Position numbers and translations under genes: made by a program. Positions 27,074 through 36,108 of a stretch of DNA of 54,069 nucleotides are shown in pieces (the stretch's first letter is position 1; each line of letters begins with the position of its first letter). The DNA is from a virus. Taxonomy: Duplodnaviria > Caudoviricetes. Location of the stretch: IMG/VR virus record IMGVR_UViG_3300020215_000008, positions 1 through 54,069 of that record; one strand, written 5' to 3'. The notes under the pieces were generated by a model. It was not told where the DNA came from and ran no database searches. It saw only the letters and a program-made list of their open reading frames with translations.

Positions 27074-27319
27074 ATGACGTTCGAAGAATTCCAAGCGAGC
27101 CGCCGCGAAGTCACGGACGTCGCCGCTGCGAGCGGTCACTACCACACAGAGACGCCGACCCCCGGGTTTATCTACGCGGCTGACCTCGTTATCGAGCAGC
27201 GCGAGCCCGGAAAGGTCGTGCTCGTGATTGGCGGGGATGAGCGCGAGGAATCCATAGAGGACCTCCCGGCGCTTGAGCGCGACTTGTACGCCTACGCGTC
27301 TGGCGACGGCTGGCTGTGA
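27074..27319 (+). CDS. Hypothetical early protein
   Basis: First ORF after PL, AGGAG RBS. Confidence 0.6.
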   Translation: MTFEEFQASRREVTDVAAASGHYHTETPTPGFIYAADLVIEQREPGKVVLVIGGDEREESIEDLPALERDLYAYASGDGWL

Positions 27320-27345
27320 GCTTCTTTCGATAGGAAGGAAGTGCC

Positions 27346-27519
27346 ATGACCGAGTACGAAAAACTGTCGCTTCTGTATCTCGCACACATAGCAGGGTGCC
27401 TCAACTTACTGTTGGAACTTGACATGCCACGCGCGGCCAGCGGCATGCGTGAAGAGCTGATTCGAGACATCCGCAAGGTCGCGAGCCCTGAGACGCGAAA
27501 GCTGCTAGGCGACATCTGA
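27346..27519 (+). CDS. Hypothetical 57-aa protein, not in the ORF track
   Basis: AAGGA RBS; MTEYEKLSLLYL... Confidence 0.5.
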   Translation: MTEYEKLSLLYLAHIAGCLNLLLELDMPRAASGMREELIRDIRKVASPETRKLLGDI

Positions 27520-27530
27520 CGGAGCGAGCG

Positions 27531-27788
27531 ATGCGCACGATACACAAGTTTCCTCTCTTCAGGATCGGCCAAGTCAATGAGGTCGAGATGGCGCGCGATG
27601 CGATTCCGCGGCGCGTGGCGATGCAGGACGGCGTGTTGTGCATGTGGGCCGAGGTTGACACGGACACGCCAAAGAAGACGCGGCGCTTCTCTGTGGTCGG
27701 CACAGGCCGCCCTATTCATGAGAACGGTAGCTACATCGGCACGTGCGACGACGGCCCGTTCGTTTGGCATGTGCTCGAACTGATCTGA
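27531..27788 (+). CDS. Conserved phage hypothetical protein
   Basis: IHKFPL...MWAEVD...GTG...YIGT...FVWHV pattern. Confidence 0.65.
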   Translation: MRTIHKFPLFRIGQVNEVEMARDAIPRRVAMQDGVLCMWAEVDTDTPKKTRRFSVVGTGRPIHENGSYIGTCDDGPFVWHVLELI

Positions 27789-27817
27789 ACAGCACACACG
27801 AACACGGTAGGACACAC

Positions 27818-28003
27818 ATGAGCCAACAAGTCACGCCATCGGAAGCCCTCCTCGCTCGCGCGGGGATTGAGTTGCAATCGATCTTGGCAAGTCACATCGG
27901 TGACGCCGGCCGAGCGCATGACATTGTTGTGGAGCTCGAATACTTCGTTCGCGCAATTGTGCGTGACGAAGCGCAGAAGCTCATTGCATATCAGCGGCGA
28001 TAA
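27818..28003 (+). CDS. Hypothetical protein
   Basis: AGGA RBS before ATG 27818. Confidence 0.5.
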   Translation: MSQQVTPSEALLARAGIELQSILASHIGDAGRAHDIVVELEYFVRAIVRDEAQKLIAYQRR

Positions 28004-28020
28004 CAGCTCAGGAGAAAAAC

Positions 28021-28221
28021 ATGGTTCACCCGGAAGCAGACTTGATTGAGTACTTGATCGCTCAGAGCAAGCGCGAGATCAAGTTGTACCCGCGCAGTCC
28101 AGTGATCGTGCCGCCGCAATCCGCTAAGGACATCGATATGACTGGCGTACTCCAAATGTCACCGGAGGAGCGAGCCGAGGCTGAGCTCGAGTTCCGCACC
28201 ATGGACAAGGAGGCTGCGTAA
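28021..28221 (+). CDS. Hypothetical protein
   Basis: AGGAG RBS, coupled to the next gene. Confidence 0.55.
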   Translation: MVHPEADLIEYLIAQSKREIKLYPRSPVIVPPQSAKDIDMTGVLQMSPEERAEAELEFRTMDKEAA

Positions 28222-28565
28222 TGGCTGCCAATCCCCTGTTCAAGCATACGCTTGATGCGCTCGATCGCATCTTTGAGGTGAAGGACGACCCTGCCCGCGT
28301 GGCGTCGCCTGACCTCGTGGACGGCACTGCTCGCGATTGGGCTGAGCTCAGCGACCAAGAGAAGCGCCGCACCGTCGAGCATTGGCTCCTTTGCCACAAC
28401 AAGAAGGGCGAAGAGATTCTCGCGGAGATCATGCTGAACATAGACATGTTCGCGATCCTGGCGAACTTCGCGCAGGGCGATGATGCGGCGAGTGGCGAGC
28501 TGTTCAAGCGCGAGTTTATGAAGCTCGGCCACGTCATTGAGAACGACGCGAGCTACGTCCTATGA
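28221..28565 (+). CDS. Hypothetical protein
   Basis: GGAGG RBS, TAATG coupling. Confidence 0.6.
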   Translation: MAANPLFKHTLDALDRIFEVKDDPARVASPDLVDGTARDWAELSDQEKRRTVEHWLLCHNKKGEEILAEIMLNIDMFAILANFAQGDDAASGELFKREFMKLGHVIENDASYVL

Positions 28566-28753
28566 ACTTCATTCGATTTCCAGGGAACGTCGTGCGATTC
28601 CCGCCGCTCGTGGATCTTCGCAAGCCGGCTCAGATGGCATCGACTGCCGCGGGATACGGCGTAAAGAAGAAGGCCAATCGAGTGAAGATGTTTTTCAGCA
28701 GAATCAGAAAACAAGCGATGGGAGCGAAACATGAGTCTTTTTCAAAGAGCTGA
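28562..28753 (+). CDS. Hypothetical protein
   Basis: ATGA coupling. Confidence 0.45.
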   Translation: MNFIRFPGNVVRFPPLVDLRKPAQMASTAAGYGVKKKANRVKMFFSRIRKQAMGAKHESFSKS

Positions 28754-29846
28754 TATGGGTCATTCGCATCTGAAGGCCGGCATCATGGGCTTGGCAGGTA
28801 GCGGTAAGACCTATACCGCCTCATCGATCGCCATCGGGTTGGTCGGCTACATGAAGCAGCGCGGCGTCACGACCAAAAACGTCGTGGCCTTCATCGACAC
28901 TGAGAACGGCGCCGCGTGGGTGCAGCCTCGCTTCAAGGAAGCCGGCATCGATCTGATGGTGGCCCGCACTCGCGCGTTGTCCGATCTGCGCGACGGCATC
29001 CGCTGGGCCAGTGAGCACGCCGATGCGCTCATTATCGACAGCATCACGCACTTCTGGACGATCTTCTGTGATGAGTACGCCACCAGGAAGAGTCGCAAGC
29101 GCGGGCTAGAGTTCTCCGACTGGCGTGCCGTGAAGCAGGATTGGCGTGAGAACTTCACGGATCTGTACCTCAACTCCCCTCTGCACATCCTCATGTGCGG
29201 TCGGCAGGGTTACGAGTACGACATGCAAGTCAACGACGCCGGCAAGAAGGAGCTAGTCAAGACTGGCGTAAAGATGAAGGCCGAAGGTGAAACCGGCTTC
29301 GAGCCCTCACTGCTGATGCAGATGGAGCAGGAGCAGACGCTAGTCGATGGCAGCGTCAAGAGCATTGAGCGCTTGGCATACATCCTCAAGGACCGTTCGA
29401 CGTTCCTCGATGGCAAGGTGCTCCGCAACCCGACGTTCAAAGAATTCTTGCCGCACATCAAAACTCTGACCATCGGCGGCGTGGGTCCAACAATCGACAC
29501 GAGCCGCGACAATAGCGAACTTATCACCGAAGACGGTGACAGCGCATGGAAGTACCGCGAACAGCAGCGCGAGATTGCGCTGGAAGAGATCGCGGAAGAG
29601 CTTAACCGCATGCACCCCGGTGCGACCGAGGCAGCCAAGACAGCGCGAAAGGAGATGCTCGAAAAGATATTCGGCACCCGATCGTGGAAGGCAGTCGAAG
29701 CTTGGAAGCTTCCCGATCTTCAGGACGCGCGCAACCGCATCTGGCTTGAGTCTCGAGGGCACGCATATGGCGCCGCTCCAGCCGCTGAGCCCGAGAAGTT
29801 CGACGACGAGATCCCGGTTGAAGACGCGAAGGAAGTGGCGGCATGA
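28731..29846 (+). CDS. AAA ATPase (AAA_24/Sak4-like recombination protein)
   Basis: [13 protein letters not shown] and IIDSITH motifs; adjacent to ssb. Confidence 0.8.
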   Translation: MSLFQRADMGHSHLKAGIMGLAGSGKTYTASSIAIGLVGYMKQRGVTTKNVVAFIDTENGAAWVQPRFKEAGIDLMVARTRALSDLRDGIRWASEHADALIIDSITHFWTIFCDEYATRKSRKRGLEFSDWRAVKQDWRENFTDLYLNSPLHILMCGRQGYEYDMQVNDAGKKELVKTGVKMKAEGETGFEPSLLMQMEQEQTLVDGSVKSIERLAYILKDRSTFLDGKVLRNPTFKEFLPHIKTLTIGGVGPTIDTSRDNSELITEDGDSAWKYREQQREIALEEIAEELNRMHPGATEAAKTARKEMLEKIFGTRSWKAVEAWKLPDLQDARNRIWLESRGHAYGAAPAAEPEKFDDEIPVEDAKEVAA

Positions 29847-30262
29847 GGGGCGTAAACAAAGTCATTTTGGTCGGCCACCTCGGACAAGATCCCGACCTGC
29901 GCTATATGCCCAGCGGCAAGGCGGTCACCAATATCCGCATCGCTACTAGTGAGCAGTGGAAGGACCGCCAGAGCGGCGATCAACAGGAACGTACCGAGTG
30001 GCACAGCGTCGTGTTGTACGACAAGTTGGGAGAGATTGCCGCCGAGTACTTGCACAAGGGCTCGCAGGTGTACATCGAAGGAAGCCTGCGCACGCGCAAG
30101 TGGCAAGACAAGGAGGGCAAGGATCGGTACACCACTGAAGTCATTGCCCGCGAGATGCAAATGCTAGGCGGCAAGTCGCAGGCATCGGCAGCACCGGCAA
30201 AGAAGGATGAGCCTTCCCAGCCTGCCGCTGAGAGTGAGTTTGACGACGACATTCCGTTCTGA
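29843..30262 (+). CDS. ssb: Single-stranded DNA-binding protein
   Basis: [21 protein letters not shown] motifs and C-terminal DDDIPF. Confidence 0.97.
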   Translation: MRGVNKVILVGHLGQDPDLRYMPSGKAVTNIRIATSEQWKDRQSGDQQERTEWHSVVLYDKLGEIAAEYLHKGSQVYIEGSLRTRKWQDKEGKDRYTTEVIAREMQMLGGKSQASAAPAKKDEPSQPAAESEFDDDIPF

Positions 30263-30264
30263 AC

Positions 30265-30588
30265 ATGAAAGGCGCGATCACACAGGATCGGATGGAGGCT
30301 GCACTTGAGTATCTATCAACCACAGATGAGCAATGCGCAGCGCTTCGAGCCGAGATGGAGCGCGCCGAGTTTCGTGCTAAGCGAACAGAACAGGCCATTT
30401 TCAAATTATCGGAAGGTACTGTTGCTGAGCGCACTGCTTCAGCCAAGACCAGTGCCGATACCGAAGCGGCCTATGAACTCTATTTCGCGGCGCTCCAACA
30501 GCACGAGGCCATGCGTAACCGTCGTGCTACTGAGGCAATTGTGATTGAAACCTGGCGCTCGCTAAATGCTAACCGGCGTCAAGGCTAG
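30265..30588 (+). CDS. Hypothetical coiled-coil protein
   Basis: 107 aa helical, GTVAER and WRSLNAN. Confidence 0.6.
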   Translation: MKGAITQDRMEAALEYLSTTDEQCAALRAEMERAEFRAKRTEQAIFKLSEGTVAERTASAKTSADTEAAYELYFAALQQHEAMRNRRATEAIVIETWRSLNANRRQG

Positions 30589-30949
30589 GTTCGTCAGGCT
30601 TCAGGATATCGGCTGCATTTGCTGCGCGATGGAGGGTTACTTGGATGTTCCGGTTGATGTGCATCACTTGGTCGATAAGGGTACGCGAAAGCATTCTGGC
30701 GGGCATTGGTCCACGCTGCCGCTCTGCCCTTGGCATCACCGAGGAATCATCACAGACGAGCGCTCGCAACGAGAGATCGAAGCGAAGCATGGCCCCTCAC
30801 TGAAGCACAGCAAGAAGGCATTCATTGAGCGATATGGAACAGAAAGACACCTTCTTGGAATCGTCGATGAGCTGCTGTCATTGCCGCTATTCCAGATTCG
30901 AGAACGGCTTGCGCTGTTCGCTCAGCAAGCGAGCCGTGGACTCGCTTGA
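30566..30949 (+). CDS. Ref-family (recombination enhancement) HNH nuclease
   Basis: GCICC, VHH, TLPLCPWHHR and FIERYGTE motifs. Confidence 0.8.
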   Translation: MLTGVKARFVRLQDIGCICCAMEGYLDVPVDVHHLVDKGTRKHSGGHWSTLPLCPWHHRGIITDERSQREIEAKHGPSLKHSKKAFIERYGTERHLLGIVDELLSLPLFQIRERLALFAQQASRGLA

Positions 30950-30987
30950 TACATGCGCGGACTTTGAGAGAGAACCGGGGAGCGACG

Positions 30988-31290
30988 ATGACAAGCAATG
31001 AACAAGTTCCTTCTGAGAAGCGGTGCCTAGAGCCCGAGGATTGTTTGCGCGGCGTACAGGGAGAGTGCTTCCCGTGCGATCACGGCGAGCGGCTGACCTC
31101 GGATCAGGAAGTCGAGATTGTCTACGACCGTCTCGTTGGCCTCGGCTGGCTTCCGCCGTCTGATGCGGCCGCGCTCCGCCGCGAGCGCGACCTCTACAAG
31201 TTCCAGGCCGAGACGAACGCGGAGACGATCAAGAACATGCGTGGCTATATCGCCCGCACGGCAGTAACGGGAGGGCGCGAGCGTGCCTGA
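30988..31290 (+). CDS. Hypothetical protein
   Basis: GGGGAG RBS before ATG 30988. Confidence 0.5.
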   Translation: MTSNEQVPSEKRCLEPEDCLRGVQGECFPCDHGERLTSDQEVEIVYDRLVGLGWLPPSDAAALRRERDLYKFQAETNAETIKNMRGYIARTAVTGGRERA

Positions 31291-31501
31291 GCAAGTGACC
31301 AAAGAGAAGGTGTTCAAGCCTGGCGATAAGTTGTGGTGGAAGCGGCCCGGTGGACGTGTGCCAGCCACCTACGTTCGCCAAAGCGCTAGTGGGCAGCGCA
31401 TCCAGATCGAATACGAATATCACTCGTCATGGACAGGCGGGGTGGCCGGCTTCAAGGCTTTGACCTACGTAGCCCCTGACAATGTGGAGTCGCGCGCATG
31501 A
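31283..31501 (+). CDS. Hypothetical SH3/KOW-like small protein
   Basis: FKPGD motif; overlaps with neighbours. Confidence 0.5.
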   Translation: MPEQVTKEKVFKPGDKLWWKRPGGRVPATYVRQSASGQRIQIEYEYHSSWTGGVAGFKALTYVAPDNVESRA

Positions 31502-31698
31502 AAGAACAGAAGCGTAAACGGTTCGTCGTGACAAAAGACGACGAATTCTACTGGGTACGTGAGGATGCTGGCGACGACTACTGGCCGGCGCGTGACTTCT
31601 ATTTCTTTAAGTTTTTCGCCGTCCGCAGGGCGAAGCAATTGACGTCCGCTGAGAACCTTGTGAACGGCAGGGAAATCATTGTGTGGAGCAGCACGTGA
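31498..31698 (+). CDS. Hypothetical protein
   Basis: ATGA coupling. Confidence 0.5.
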   Translation: MKEQKRKRFVVTKDDEFYWVREDAGDDYWPARDFYFFKFFAVRRAKQLTSAENLVNGREIIVWSST

Positions 31699-31955
31699 CA
31701 AAGGAGTTGCTCTACGACCTAGACAACTTGCGGCACATGCTCGGCATAAAGCAAAGCCGTGGTCGCCGGGATTGGGGATTCCGCAACTACTTCAACTCCA
31801 CGGAGAGCGGTCCCGATTATGAATCCATGAAGCGTCTTGAAACGATGGGCTTCGTGGTTCAGGGCCGGCGCTGCTACTGGCATGCAACCGAAGCAGGCTG
31901 CAAGGCCGTCGGGATGAATGACAAAGAAATCAAGCGAGCGTTGCACGATGAGTGA
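31695..31955 (+). CDS. Hypothetical winged-helix-like protein
   Basis: RHMLG...RNYF...ATEAG pattern; GTGA coupling. Confidence 0.55.
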   Translation: MTKELLYDLDNLRHMLGIKQSRGRRDWGFRNYFNSTESGPDYESMKRLETMGFVVQGRRCYWHATEAGCKAVGMNDKEIKRALHDE

Positions 31956-33279
31956 TCCAACCAACAACCGCTTCTATCGTGAGAAGCAAGAACAACCGTC
32001 ATCGAAACAGCAAGTCGCCTTCGAGGCATGGTGCAAGGAAAGCGGCGAGTTCACCGACTGGTCAAAGTCTGGCGCCCCGCCGCACGAGTACCAAAAGCCG
32101 CGCGTGCAACTTGCGTGGAAGGTGTGGCAGGCAGCATGGAAGCTTGGCGCCGCGGGGCTACACGACAGGCTGCGTCGTATCAATGCCATCAATGACAATC
32201 CGGCGGTCTTCAATCGAGAAATAGACGCGCTCAGCACATGGTCGAGCGAAGCAGTACCTGACGAGTGCAATTGCGATCCCGCCGCCTATAGGGCGCACCC
32301 ACTGCCGATCTGCTCAAACTTCGTCAAGGATCGGGACGACGACTACTGCGCGAACTGTGAGCACGACGAAGCATGCCACCCGCGGAGAGCTGCTGACGAA
32401 CCGCCAGCAGGCCCGACGCAGTTCGAGCAGGCGCACAGTGTTGTTGCAAACGTCGTTCGATCCCTTGGAGGTCAGGCGCGCGTAGGTGCGGCTCTCGCAC
32501 TCAATGCGATTGCCGAAGCCATGGTCGGCACCGTAGCAACTCAACCACCGAAGCCGGATCAATGCCAGCGAGCAGTCAGTGCGCCCGAACTGTTGCGAGG
32601 AACGGGTGGGGGTGCAAGTCCCCCTAGCTGGCCCACTCAACCACCGCCGGCGGCTATAGACGAACACGACGCCGGCGTTATCCGGGATCTCGAAGCGATG
32701 GCAGCGAACCAACTCGCGGGCTTCTGGCCGCAGGCGTTGGCCGTTGGCGCGTTGCGGCTAATTAGGCGCAACGCTCAACCACCGCCAGCAGATACGCGCG
32801 TCCTAATCGAAACGCTGCACGGCTACGTGACGAGCACGAAAGATCAGATGGGCTACGCGAAGGCACTGGAGAACATCGCGAGGGCGCTCGACACGCGAAC
32901 CGCTCAACCACCGAAGCCGGATCAATGCCAGCGAGCAGTCAGTGCGCCCGAACTGTTGCGAGGAACGGGTGGGGGTGCGAGTCCCCCTAGCTGGCCCACT
33001 CAACCACCGTCCGCGGATGCTGAGGCGCTGCTAGATGCCTATGACGCCTGCTGGATTGAGGATGAGAGGCTATGCAATCGCGAGCACGGACCAACGCGCC
33101 AAGCTGCGAAGGCCATGCGCGAGCGATTCGACAAGGCCCGCGCTGCCGTATTGGCCGCGATGCGACCTGCTCAACCGCCAGAAGCGAGTCGCGATGGATG
33201 GGAGGGCGATCTCGCTATTTTCGTGACCGATGCTGATCCGATCGAGGTTGAGCCAGGGAGGTCAGATGACGCGACCTGA
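31948..33279 (+). CDS. Modular early protein built of (T/A)QPP-delimited cassettes
   Basis: Six in-frame CTCAACC(A/G)CC linkers; one cassette duplicated. Confidence 0.65.
   Translation: MSDPTNNRFYREKQEQPSSKQQVAFEAWCKESGEFTDWSKSGAPPHEYQKPRVQLAWKVWQAAWKLGAAGLHDRLRRINAINDNPAVFNREIDALSTWSSEAVPDECNCDPAAYRAHPLPICSNFVKDRDDDYCANCEHDEACHPRRAADEPPAGPTQFEQAHSVVANVVRSLGGQARVGAALALNAIAEAMVGTVATQPPKPDQCQRAVSAPELLRGTGGGASPPSWPTQPPPAAIDEHDAGVIRDLEAMAANQLAGFWPQALAVGALRLIRRNAQPPPADTRVLIETLHGYVTSTKDQMGYAKALENIARALDTRTAQPPKPDQCQRAVSAPELLRGTGGGASPPSWPTQPPSADAEALLDAYDACWIEDERLCNREHGPTRQAAKAMRERFDKARAAVLAAMRPAQPPEASRDGWEGDLAIFVTDADPIEVEPGRSDDAT
32564..32635 (+). ncRNA. Candidate tRNA-like RNA, copy 1
   Basis: GCCAGC/GCTGGC closing stem plus CCA; GGGGG-TGCAAGT-CCCCC T-arm; two further hairpins. 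Confidence 0.4.
32927..32998 (+). ncRNA. Candidate tRNA-like RNA, copy 2
   Basis: Same fold, T-loop TGCGAGT. Confidence 0.4.
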
Positions 33280-33625
33280 AACAAGAGAACAATGGCTTCT
33301 TGTGCTCGAAGTACTCAAGAAGATTCAAGACCTCGCACGAGTAGGTGACTGGGATGGGCTACGCGCAATGTGTGATTCTGGCGATGTGCTTAGCGTGGAC
33401 GATCATTCTTCATCTGGGCTGGTGGTGGAACAGTCGCTATCCGAGGCCAGCTACCTCCTTTCCGAACCAAGTGGCTCGGGTTATCGCGTTGTACTTGGAT
33501 TCGAGACGGAGGCGCAGGCTCATGCAGCGCATTCGCTACTTGCGCGCCAAAGAGCTGCCGCCCAACAGGCGAAAGCGAATGCAGATCAGGGCTTAACAGC
33601 GTTGGGAGAGTCAGATGCTCGCTGA
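33266..33625 (+). CDS. Hypothetical protein
   Basis: GGAGG RBS before ATG 33266. Confidence 0.55.
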   Translation: MTRPETREQWLLVLEVLKKIQDLARVGDWDGLRAMCDSGDVLSVDDHSSSGLVVEQSLSEASYLLSEPSGSGYRVVLGFETEAQAHAAHSLLARQRAAAQQAKANADQGLTALGESDAR

Positions 33626-34118
33626 GCTGCTCGACTTGCTGAACAAGCGCTCCGATGCGTGGGACACGCTTGACCGTGCAGAGTCGGCTATCAATGCACT
33701 GCTCGACCGCAACGCGAGTCCCGGCGAATGGAACCGCGCAGAAGCTACCAGAGACGAGGCCAACCGGATGTTTGAGCACTTCAGCAACCGTGTCTGCGAA
33801 TACCTAGACGATGGCGACGTACTCGACGCGCTGCGTAAGCACTTACAGTCAACGCTGAGCACACAGTTGGAAACGAAACCTGTGCAGCCCTGTGTGCACG
33901 GCATTAGCGCCGCGGCGCGCTGCAAGGACTGCGAGAAATTCGGCGGGTACGTACCCACCCTGAAAACGTCAGCGTGCACATGCCGAAGTGTTCTCACTAG
34001 GCAAGCGCGCCCGAGTTGCCCAGAGCATGGCGTCGAAGCGGCGGAGAGAACGTCAGCAGATACAACGAATGCACCTAGTGGGGCTAACCGTGATGTAAGC
34101 ACGGGGATCGAGCCATGA
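33615..34118 (+). CDS. Hypothetical protein with Cys-rich C-terminus
   Basis: GGAG RBS; CVHG...CKDC and CTC...CPEH. Confidence 0.55.
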   Translation: MLAELLDLLNKRSDAWDTLDRAESAINALLDRNASPGEWNRAEATRDEANRMFEHFSNRVCEYLDDGDVLDALRKHLQSTLSTQLETKPVQPCVHGISAAARCKDCEKFGGYVPTLKTSACTCRSVLTRQARPSCPEHGVEAAERTSADTTNAPSGANRDVSTGIEP

Positions 34119-34282
34119 GAGCCGGACACGTCTGCGCGACGCCCGGCCTTGCCTACCGAACCGACATCGGCTGCAGCTTTGTCGGTTGCTGCGGACTCTG
34201 CGCGCAGGACCGCCCCCATACGACCGCCCGAAAGGGCAAAAGCAATCCCGGGGAGGGTGCTCCCTCCCCGGGTGCGCTGTGA
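34115..34282 (+). CDS. Possible 55-aa Cys-rich protein, not in the ORF track
   Basis: ATGA coupling; MRAGHVCATPG...CSFVGCCGLC. Confidence 0.35.
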   Translation: MRAGHVCATPGLAYRTDIGCSFVGCCGLCAQDRPHTTARKGKSNPGEGAPSPGAL

Positions 34283-34298
34283 ACCGGGGAGATGCTCT

Positions 34299-34517
34299 AT
34301 GAAACGTTGGATGGTCGTAAGTGCGAACGCAGATTTCAACGGAGGAAACGCTCCGTACTCAGTCTTCTCTACCGAGAGGGCCGCACTTGATTACGCACAG
34401 AATCAAGCTGAGCGCAGTTCCATGGCGTATGACTGGCACGTATACGAAGTGACCATGATTGGTCAGATGTGCCGAGGGCGAGCCACTTTCCACCCGGCGA
34501 CACCCGAGCGTCGATAA
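34299..34517 (+). CDS. Hypothetical protein
   Basis: GGGGAG RBS before ATG 34299. Confidence 0.5.
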   Translation: MKRWMVVSANADFNGGNAPYSVFSTERAALDYAQNQAERSSMAYDWHVYEVTMIGQMCRGRATFHPATPERR

Positions 34518-34524
34518 GTTGCTC

Positions 34525-35268
34525 ATGAACCTACCCGCACCCTACTGGCAGGACGACGCGCTCACGCTGTACCACGGCGACGCGCTGCAGCTCATGCCGT
34601 TGCTGGGCGCAGTGGATGCCATCGTGACCGATCCGCCATACGGTGAAACGAGCTTCGAGTGGGACCGTTGGCCGGAGGGCTGGCCATCGGTCGCCGCAGG
34701 TATCACGCGTCAACTCTGGTGCTTTGGCTCGTTCCGGATGTTCTCGGCAAAAGCTCACGAGCTTGCCGACTGGTCGATCGCGCAGGACGTCATTTGGGAA
34801 AAGCACAACGGGTCCAACTCTGCCGCCGATCGCTTCCGCCGAGTGCACGAGCTTGCGGTTCACTTCTACCGCGGCGAATGGGCATCACTCTACAAGTGCC
34901 CGCAGGTAACGCGAGACGCCGTCGCCAAGAAAGTAACCAGACGCAAGAAGCCGGCGCACTGGAATGGCATAGGTGGCGCCACGTACCAGAGCGAGGAAGG
35001 CGGGCCGCGCATGATGGCAAGTGTTATCTATGAACGTAGCTGCCACGGGTACGCAGTGCACCCGACGCAGAAGCCGGAGGGCATCATTCGCCCCCTGCTT
35101 GAGTACAGCGTACCGCCGGGCGGCGTCGTTCTGGATTGCTTCGCCGGCAGCGGAACGACTTTAGCGGTCGCTCGCAAGACAGGACGCCGCGCGATCGGCA
35201 TCGAAGCGCGGGAAGAGTATTGCAGGCGGATTGTCGATCGACTTGCACAGCACGAGCTCGCGGTCTGA
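34525..35268 (+). CDS. DNA N6-adenine/N4-cytosine methyltransferase (beta class, orphan)
   Basis: TDPPY, HPTQKP and VLDCFAGSGTT in beta order. Confidence 0.92.
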   Translation: MNLPAPYWQDDALTLYHGDALQLMPLLGAVDAIVTDPPYGETSFEWDRWPEGWPSVAAGITRQLWCFGSFRMFSAKAHELADWSIAQDVIWEKHNGSNSAADRFRRVHELAVHFYRGEWASLYKCPQVTRDAVAKKVTRRKKPAHWNGIGGATYQSEEGGPRMMASVIYERSCHGYAVHPTQKPEGIIRPLLEYSVPPGGVVLDCFAGSGTTLAVARKTGRRAIGIEAREEYCRRIVDRLAQHELAV

Positions 35269-35292
35269 CATCTGATAGTTGATGAGCAGCCT

Positions 35293-35841
35293 ATGAAGTG
35301 GACAGCGCGCGAAATCTGCCGGCAACTCTACATCCAAGCTTTCAACGGAAAGCATTTGGTGATCTGCCCGAACACATATTGGCCCGGCAGCGAAACCGAT
35401 TTGCTTATCGTTCGCTGTGACCTGCGTTTGATGGAAGTCGAGGTGAAAATCAGTCGGGCGGATTTGAAAGCCGACAAACACAAAGACAAGTGGTTTGATC
35501 GTCCGCTCTCGTGGCCTTGGAATACGGAGCGACCAACCGGGACACCACGAACCCATCCCCGCCGTATTTGGAAGCACTACTACTGCATGCCCGAGAAGGT
35601 TTGGAAGGAAGGGCTAGAGGGCGAAGTGCAGCCCACGAGCGGGATCATTCTCATGCGCGATCATCCAGAGCGCCCCGGATGCTGGCTTCATCGGCAGGCC
35701 AAGCCCGCGAAAGATGCCGAGCGAATCACTCACGAAGAGCTTGCGGATATCGCCCGCATGCAATCCCACAAGATGTGGGACGCATTCAGCGAAGTAGACC
35801 AGGCCAGGCGGCGCCGCGAACTGGCGGACAACATCGGATAG
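35293..35841 (+). CDS. PD-(D/E)xK nuclease-like protein (MmcB-like)
   Basis: ETDLL...EVEVKISRADLKAD motif. Confidence 0.65.
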   Translation: MKWTAREICRQLYIQAFNGKHLVICPNTYWPGSETDLLIVRCDLRLMEVEVKISRADLKADKHKDKWFDRPLSWPWNTERPTGTPRTHPRRIWKHYYCMPEKVWKEGLEGEVQPTSGIILMRDHPERPGCWLHRQAKPAKDAERITHEELADIARMQSHKMWDAFSEVDQARRRRELADNIG

Positions 35842-35852
35842 CGGAGAAGCGA

Positions 35853-36095
35853 GTGATTGACCAAATTGGAATCGCACTGACTGGCGTAACTGCCGTGTTC
35901 CTCACGCAGAGCAAGCGAGAGCAAACGCGTCGCTACGCTTGTCTGTTCGGCATCGTGGGGCAGCCGTTTTGGTTCTGGTCAGCGATCAGCGCTCAGCAAT
36001 GGGGAATAACGGTGCTCTGCTGCCTGTACACGTTCGCGTGGGCAAAGGGCGTGTGGATGCACTGGCTGCGCCCACAAGCGCGAGCAGCTTCCTAG
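35853..36095 (+). CDS. Small three-helix membrane protein (PnuC-like)
   Basis: FGIVGQPFWFW and QWG motifs; GTG start. Confidence 0.55.
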   Translation: MIDQIGIALTGVTAVFLTQSKREQTRRYACLFGIVGQPFWFWSAISAQQWGITVLCCLYTFAWAKGVWMHWLRPQARAAS

Positions 36096-36108
36096 GGAGA
36101 CGTGAGAC

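Larger units (their letters stand above)
32540..33009 (+). repeat. 107-bp direct repeat (32540-32646 and 32903-33009), one mismatch
   Basis: Direct comparison; offset 363 bp; a single A/G difference. Confidence 0.95.

Noticed and set aside
32540-33009. DGR template/variable repeat pair (BPP-1-like phage)
   Set aside because: No reverse transcriptase ORF is seen in the genome, there is only one mismatch, and the repeat is not in a tail fibre C-terminus
32540-33180. CRISPR array
   Set aside because: Repeat is only 11 bp, spacers are 85-160 bp and in frame within a CDS, and there are no cas genes
34226-34237. Lambda boxB/nut site
   Set aside because: Plain GNRA tetraloop, no boxA nearby, and far from PL
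34525-35841. Type II restriction-modification pair
   Set aside because: The nuclease-like gene resembles MmcB-type phage proteins and orphan methyltransferases are common in early regions; no support for a cognate pair
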